A DNA stretch of 64,000 bases, taken from IMG/VR virus record IMGVR_UViG_3300036790_000060, positions 8,836 to 72,835 of that record; one strand, given 5' to 3'. This DNA comes from a virus. The position numbers and the translations under genes are program-made. A model generated the notes under the pieces. It was not told the origin of the DNA and did no database searches. It saw only the letters and a program-made list of their open reading frames with translations. How positions within the stretch are numbered: position 1 is the first letter of the stretch; each line of letters begins with the position of its first letter. This document shows positions 58,956 to 64,000 of the stretch, in pieces.

Positions 58956-59497
58956 GTTTTTGCTCCCGGATCGTCCACGCACTTCGCGTCATCGATCGTG
59001 TAGATCGAGAAGATGTTCTCCGGATCGTCCAGCGATATGAACTCCGCCCGACGATACCCAGCGGCGCGCAGGATCGCCCCCGTCTCCGGCGGCTTCCATC
59101 CCGGCGGCTTGCAGATATCCGCGCCAAACCCCATCTTCCGATGCGTCGGCCCCCTCACCTTCTGCATGTTCTTGTCCTGAACGTCGTCCCAGAGCTCCTG
59201 CCACGGCAGGCCCATCATCACGGCGGTGCCCTTCGCGACGTAGACCAGATCGACCAGGGCATCGGCCTGGAGTTCGATCTCCTGTTCCGCGTCGTCCGCC
59301 ACGAACTTCAGTTCGTCGGGCTCACGGATCGGGATATTCAGCGCCAGCCCGGCGGCACCGGCGCCTTCCAGCAATTCCTCCAGCATGAAGTTGAAGCGTT
59401 CCGCGAGCTTCCGTTTCGTTAGGTTCACCGGTCGGCCGGGATCGAGCTGGTCGAACTTCCGGTGGAACGCCTGAACGTCTTCGCACTCTTTTTCCAC
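58952..59497 (-). CDS. MazG-like nucleoside triphosphate pyrophosphohydrolase
   Basis: DVQAFHRKF, EELLE, ADALVDLVYVAKG, NMQK, KPPGWKPP. Confidence 0.85.
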   Translation of the reverse strand: MEKECEDVQAFHRKFDQLDPGRPVNLTKRKLAERFNFMLEELLEGAGAAGLALNIPIREPDELKFVADDAEQEIELQADALVDLVYVAKGTAVMMGLPWQELWDDVQDKNMQKVRGPTHRKMGFGADICKPPGWKPPETGAILRAAGYRRAEFISLDDPENIFSIYTIDDAKCVDDPGAKT

Positions 59498-59500
59498 GTG

Positions 59501-61216
59501 TTATTCCTTTGAGAGTTTTTCAGCCAAGTCTACCGCCAGCGTGAGGATATCGATGAGCGCGATGGCGAATGTCTTCGCGTCCTGGTTAGGGATACGCCGA
59601 AGCGACTGTATCTTACCCCGGACGGCCGCGAACGGGAACTGTGTGGACGCCGTCTGACCGTTCGGCACGGGCACCTTCTTCGGTGTATCATCCCACGGCA
59701 CCGTCGTGGAATTAGGCGCGGCATACTTCGGTATCTTCGCCGCCACGCGTTCGATCGCCTGATGCGACGCCGCGCTGTTTTCCGCCCGTTGGGCTTTCGT
59801 CTCCGGTTTCACCGTTGGCATATAGGCGACCGATCCGGACGGCGCATACGTCTCCGCGCCGCCGAACTGCCACCCCTCCTTCTTCAGGATGCCCTTGTTG
59901 AAGCCGATATCCGACTTCGTCGCCTTCGATCCGGGGAACTGCGCGTGGACGCGCTCCAGGATCGAGTCCGCGCTGTAGGTCATCTTCAGGAGCCGCCGGA
60001 TGTAGGCGCCGGACTTTTCGCCCGGTTCGACGTTCGGCGGTGCGCCGTTCATGCCGCCGCCCTTCTTGACGACGAGCGGGAACTGCGTCTCCGGCTGCCC
60101 CTTATTCGCCTGGAACGCCGCAGCCTTCTCGGCGCGGAACTTCGACATCTGCTTCTGTGTAGTGCCGCTTACTGGCAGCGCGAAGCTGAGCGGCGGTTGA
60201 ACTTGTTTCATCGGATACTCCTTTATCACCTTTCTGAAAGTATCTAGCACTCTCTCTTTTGGCCAGGCTATTTCATCCAACCGATCGCGTTGACGTTGCG
60301 CCAGGTCGGCCAGATCTGCGATGCGTAGACGTTCGACGCGGCGCGGATCACTCGCGAAGATGTATGGTTCACCAAGGCACGCCGCTTCGGCGAAGTCGGC
60401 CGACATGATGCATCCCGCGTCGGCCGCCATTAGGTAGCGCGCCCGCCACCAGCTTGATCCGGAGAACGGCCGCGACGGGGAAAACATCCCCCATACGTGG
60501 CATAGTTCGTCCGCCAGTTCCTGTTCGGTCATGCGCGGCTTCGCGTCGGCGCCGATGGAACCGATGCCATACAGGCCACGGTCCTGAGGACCGTATTCGG
60601 CGACCGGCCATTCGCATCCGTCCGGCGGGTGGCTTTTCAGCAACGACGCATGGTTCCACATCTTGAAGCGTGGTCCAGGGACCGGCAGATACCGATGCGT
60701 GTAGGCGGTCGGATCGACACCGATCAGCGGCGCCGGCATCCCGATCTTCTTCAGATCGCCGGTCCCTAGCGTGGCGGCGACGATCGGGTATGGCCACGAT
60801 CCGGACGCCAGGCTGCGGACCGTGGCCATTATCTCGTCCTTGATCCGGTCGTCCAGTTCGCCGCCGCGAAGGCGGAAGGTCCGTTCCTTCGACCTTGCAC
60901 ACGTCTGCAGGCCGGATATCAGCTCCCGTATCTGCCAGTCGTCTAGCGCGACGATAACCCGTGGTGCTCGTCCCAGGGCCCACAGCGCGCCCTGTACGTG
61001 CGACGACGCGATAGAGTTCGGCTTATTCAGGACCGCGACCGTGATATCGTAGTCCCGTAGGTCTTCGCCCGGCGTCACCGCCCGCCATTCCGTGGTATAT
61101 CCCAGATCATCCAGCACGCGCTTCCACGCGGCCGATGCGTTCATCTTCATCTTGATCTGGGTCCGATCCGATCCGACCTGGATAGCCGTCGAACCGGTGA
61201 CGAGCGCGCGCTTCAC
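59501..61216 (-). CDS. putative DNA glycosyltransferase (GT-B-like) fused to a basic HTH-like C-terminal region
   Basis: GTG start overlapping the MTase stop; ALVTG, LGY..EW, DDWQ, GSSWWRARY..AADAG; context of modification genes. Confidence 0.55.
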   Translation of the reverse strand: MKRALVTGSTAIQVGSDRTQIKMKMNASAAWKRVLDDLGYTTEWRAVTPGEDLRDYDITVAVLNKPNSIASSHVQGALWALGRAPRVIVALDDWQIRELISGLQTCARSKERTFRLRGGELDDRIKDEIMATVRSLASGSWPYPIVAATLGTGDLKKIGMPAPLIGVDPTAYTHRYLPVPGPRFKMWNHASLLKSHPPDGCEWPVAEYGPQDRGLYGIGSIGADAKPRMTEQELADELCHVWGMFSPSRPFSGSSWWRARYLMAADAGCIMSADFAEAACLGEPYIFASDPRRVERLRIADLADLAQRQRDRLDEIAWPKERVLDTFRKVIKEYPMKQVQPPLSFALPVSGTTQKQMSKFRAEKAAAFQANKGQPETQFPLVVKKGGGMNGAPPNVEPGEKSGAYIRRLLKMTYSADSILERVHAQFPGSKATKSDIGFNKGILKKEGWQFGGAETYAPSGSVAYMPTVKPETKAQRAENSAASHQAIERVAAKIPKYAAPNSTTVPWDDTPKKVPVPNGQTASTQFPFAAVRGKIQSLRRIPNQDAKTFAIALIDILTLAVDLAEKLSKE

Positions 61217-62259
61217 AGCACGTACATACCGCCCGGCGGACGGGTCACGTCGAGGACGGCGACCTGGACGGCGTTCAGCCGCTTGTTCGCGATCAGCGCC
61301 CGGTTCACGTTCTCGGCCAACCAGTCGGCGACCGGCGGCATGATCCCGCGTGACATGTAGCTGGATATATCGTTGAACGATAGCTTCGGCCACCGGTAGT
61401 CCTGCGGGAAACCGCAGATCGCCGCAAGCTCTTCCTGACACATGAACCGCAGTTCGGTCGGGTGGATCGCCTTCCCGCCGAGCAGGACGCCTGCCGGTTT
61501 ATCCAGCGGGACGCGGCCATCCAGGAACGACGGACGACCAACGATCTGTCCGCGATCGCCGCGTTGCGGTTCCGGATTTTCCCGATTGAATATCTTCGCC
61601 AGCCCTTCGCCTGGTTGGGCCAGCCGCGCCCACTGGGCCAGCTTCGGCGGAAGGGTCATATCGTAGCCGCCCTTCTTCATCTTCACGCCCTTCAGCGCCT
61701 GCCGAACGGTCGTCGGCGCCCCGAACGGTGGGTGCTGCCAGGGGATCGACACCTTGTGGAACGTGTAGAATATCCGCGATCGGTTCTGCGGAACCCCTAG
61801 CCACTTCGCGTTATGCATCGCGACGGTCGTGGAATAGCCATGCCCCGATGCCTTCTCGATAAGCTCGTCGATGTACTCACGACCGCGAACGAAGGACGGC
61901 GGGACGGACTCGATCGCCAGGACGTCCGGCTGAACGACGTCCATCGCGTATCCGAATATCTCCCGATGCATCGATAGGCGGGGATCGTCCTGCCACCGCC
62001 CGGCACGTCCATGCGAAGCGCCCGACCATATAGCGCACGGCGGGTTGCAGTACATGAAGCGCGGGCGGGCGGTCTTACCCGGCCAGGACGTTGGCCAGGT
62101 GGATGGACCGCCAGCGTGGATCGGCATCTGAGGCCAATTGAGCCCCACGACGTCGGCGCCATATCCGGAGTGCTCCAGATGGGCTAGCACGTTGAAGTGT
62201 TTCGCCACACCTATGGTGAAGCCGCCCGCATAGATATGCGCGCCGATCGCGTTGAACAT
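61213..62259 (-). CDS. C5 cytosine DNA methyltransferase (divergent motifs)
   Basis: IYAGGF, NPPC, IESV, GVPQNRSRIF, EELAAICGFP, RGIMPPVA. Confidence 0.85.
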   Translation of the reverse strand: MFNAIGAHIYAGGFTIGVAKHFNVLAHLEHSGYGADVVGLNWPQMPIHAGGPSTWPTSWPGKTARPRFMYCNPPCAIWSGASHGRAGRWQDDPRLSMHREIFGYAMDVVQPDVLAIESVPPSFVRGREYIDELIEKASGHGYSTTVAMHNAKWLGVPQNRSRIFYTFHKVSIPWQHPPFGAPTTVRQALKGVKMKKGGYDMTLPPKLAQWARLAQPGEGLAKIFNRENPEPQRGDRGQIVGRPSFLDGRVPLDKPAGVLLGGKAIHPTELRFMCQEELAAICGFPQDYRWPKLSFNDISSYMSRGIMPPVADWLAENVNRALIANKRLNAVQVAVLDVTRPPGGMYVL

Positions 62260-62286
62260 CAGATTGGTCTCCCTGTGAAAGCCGTA

Positions 62287-63180
62287 TTAGGCTTTCGCTG
62301 CCGGCGGGCTCATACCCTTGATCTGAAGGATGCCCCGGTAGTGGGTCACCGCGTTCTTTGGTATCTTCTTACCGAACGCCTGTTCCACGGTGGAGTGGAT
62401 GACCGCGTCGGTCTTCTTGCCTTCCATGATCAGATCGCGGAACATCGATGACATCGTGCCACCGGTGCTCAACCCTCGGCCTTTCCGCGCCGGTTCCGGT
62501 GCGGCCGCTACCACGGCCTTGCCGTTCTTCTTCGCTTCCTTCTTGACGGCTGCCATCTGAGCCGCCGCGTCGGTTGCCTTCGCCGCCGCCTTCTTCCCGA
62601 CCGGCTTCGTATCAAGTGCCTTATCGGCCGCGTTGGCAGCCTTCATCGCCGCGCCATTCGTCTTCGGAGTCCGTGCCATATCGTCTGAGTCCTTCTCGTG
62701 TTGGTCAGGGGTGGCATCCCCGGACGGTTCAGTAAACTGATCACCGGTGTTTGTAAACCCCTTGATGCGCTCCTCCGCGTCGGCCTTCAGGCTGAACCGT
62801 AGGACGTCGCTACCGGGACCGGCGACGCGCATCAGGAGGTCGTCACGTGCGTGGTCGGCGATATAATACGTCCCACGGATGAAGCTCTCCATCACCTGAA
62901 AGCGGCGCCCTATAAGGGGGCTGGCGTATCGATCGCCGTTCGTCTGGGCGATCACCTCGTCCGCGTTCAGCGGCTTGAAGCCGATCTTATGAGCGCGGTC
63001 CTCGTTCGTCCGGCTGATGAACTTTCTCATCTCGTTCCTCATCTTAACGGCCACGCGGTCAAGGACGTCGCGTTCCTGATCGGTCTTGGCCAGGACGGCC
63101 ATCCGTTCCCACTTGTAGGAAAGGATGGCGTATCCGCAGAAGACCCAGCCTTCCGCGTAATCGCCGAACGTTTTAGGCAT
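62287..63180 (-). CDS. Lys/Ala-rich protein with C-terminal HTH-like domain
   Basis: Histone-like KKAAAKA linker; MFRDLIMEG...VTHYRG. Confidence 0.7.
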   Translation of the reverse strand: MPKTFGDYAEGWVFCGYAILSYKWERMAVLAKTDQERDVLDRVAVKMRNEMRKFISRTNEDRAHKIGFKPLNADEVIAQTNGDRYASPLIGRRFQVMESFIRGTYYIADHARDDLLMRVAGPGSDVLRFSLKADAEERIKGFTNTGDQFTEPSGDATPDQHEKDSDDMARTPKTNGAAMKAANAADKALDTKPVGKKAAAKATDAAAQMAAVKKEAKKNGKAVVAAAPEPARKGRGLSTGGTMSSMFRDLIMEGKKTDAVIHSTVEQAFGKKIPKNAVTHYRGILQIKGMSPPAAKA

Positions 63181-63412
63181 GGACGATGCCCGTCTTTATG
63201 ATATTCACGAGTTCGCGCGACGTGACGACCGTGCACACCTGTTCCAGTTCGATCCGGCGCCCCTTCGGCATATCGTAGTGCGGGAACCGATCGTTGTTAT
63301 GGAACCAGCACCGGTCGATCCCCATCGCCTTCGCCATCGCGTGGAGCCCCGCGACGGAATACGGCCGGCAGACCATGTGCCGATCGAGGTCGCAGACACA
63401 TTCATACGCCAT
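63173..63412 (-). CDS. DUF4031-like protein
   Basis: HMV..LHAMAKAMGI.R.WFH..PHYD. Confidence 0.7.
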   Translation of the reverse strand: MAYECVCDLDRHMVCRPYSVAGLHAMAKAMGIDRCWFHNNDRFPHYDMPKGRRIELEQVCTVVTSRELVNIIKTGIVHA

Positions 63413-63602
63413 GGGACGTCCTCCATTCCTCGATGATCGGGATCAGCGTCACCGGATCGTGCTCTTCCAGGTCGGCGTCATACATAACCAGGTCTTCGGC
63501 GATGAGCAGGTTCGATCCGAGCCCGATCAGTTCGTCCATAGACCCGTTCTCCTTGGCGTTATCCAGTGCCGCGAAGACGGTCGTCTTAAGGTCGTCGGCC
63601 AT
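63402..63602 (-). CDS. small acidic hypothetical protein
   Basis: AAGGAGG RBS before MADDLK. Confidence 0.6.
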   Translation of the reverse strand: MADDLKTTVFAALDNAKENGSMDELIGLGSNLLIAEDLVMYDADLEEHDPVTLIPIIEEWRTSHGV

Positions 63603-63626
63603 GTCACCCTCCTTGATTGTCCGTAT

Positions 63627-63655
63627 ATCATATAACATTAACGCAAACGTGTAAA
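63627..63655 (-). promoter_or_regulatory. sigma70-like promoter driving the modification operon
   Basis: TTTACA-17bp-TATGAT upstream of a strong RBS. Confidence 0.7.
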
Positions 63656-63667
63656 CGGCGGAATTCA

Positions 63668-64000
63668 TTACGCGAACTCCAACACCCGTTCTTCCGTCAG
63701 TTCACCAACGACGGACGGCGGATCATCATATACCCACCCCTGACTTACGCGTATCTTCACGTCGTCGCGGGACGGGTCTAGCTGATACCCGACGCCTTTA
63801 TGGTGGATGATCCCGATCCCGGTCGCGAACCTGATCTGACGGATGTAAGCGTCGAGCGTATCGCCGCGCGGCGGAACGCCGTCCCACACGACGGCATCGA
63901 ACATCCGATACGCTACCACGCCGCCGTTCGTGGAGTGTAGAAGGTCGAACATCTTTCGATGCTTCGTCCCTTTCCGCAGCGTGATAGCGCCACCGTACGC
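63668..64000 (-). CDS. winged-HTH (OmpR C-terminal-like) protein, 5' end outside window
   Basis: VWDG...TLDAYIRQIR...KGVGYQL; frame open to the window edge. Confidence 0.6.
   Translation of the reverse strand, partial: AYGGAITLRKGTKHRKMFDLLHSTNGGVVAYRMFDAVVWDGVPPRGDTLDAYIRQIRFATGIGIIHHKGVGYQLDPSRDDVKIRVSQGWVYDDPPSVVGELTEERVLEFA

Noticed and set aside
61217-61441. N-terminal extension of the 646-aa ORF overlapping the methyltransferase
   Set aside because: The GTG at 61216 overlapping the MTase stop is a better start; the extension is low-information sequence.

Overview
The whole window is a GC-rich tailed-phage genome segment with no host genes and no integrase or DNA polymerase. Its contractile-tail virion module resembles the Bcep781/Aaphi23 type. 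The host is probably a proteobacterium (inference). Layout: (1) 1-9000, minus strand: early/replication genes, including two ParB-like proteins, a J-domain protein, a TOPRIM+VirE primase-helicase and an RHH regulator. (2) About 9080-9430: non-coding GTCGAC iteron cluster, a likely origin. (3) 9.7-55.8 kb, mostly plus strand: late operon with a NusG-like antiterminator, terminase, portal, an ADP-ribosyltransferase, MuF, a NUDIX-DUF2213 head protein, scaffold, capsid, sheath/tube, frameshifted tail chaperone, tape measure, baseplate, many fibre/Gly-rich proteins and a lysis region. (4) 55.8-64 kb, minus strand: nucleotide and DNA-modification cluster with dCMP deaminase, an Asp-type thymidylate synthase homologue, dNMP kinase, MazG-like enzyme, a glycosyltransferase-like protein and a C5 methyltransferase. 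The strongest candidate for an undescribed system is at 18115-18641. An atypical tRNA with an 8-nt anticodon loop (CU-UUCA-AU) sits 15 nt upstream of a tiny ORF whose stop is UGA-A. Reading UGAA as one four-base codon continues into YAARGPP, an arrest-peptide-like motif, just before a hypothetical gene. All calls come from motif recognition by eye; no searches were run.
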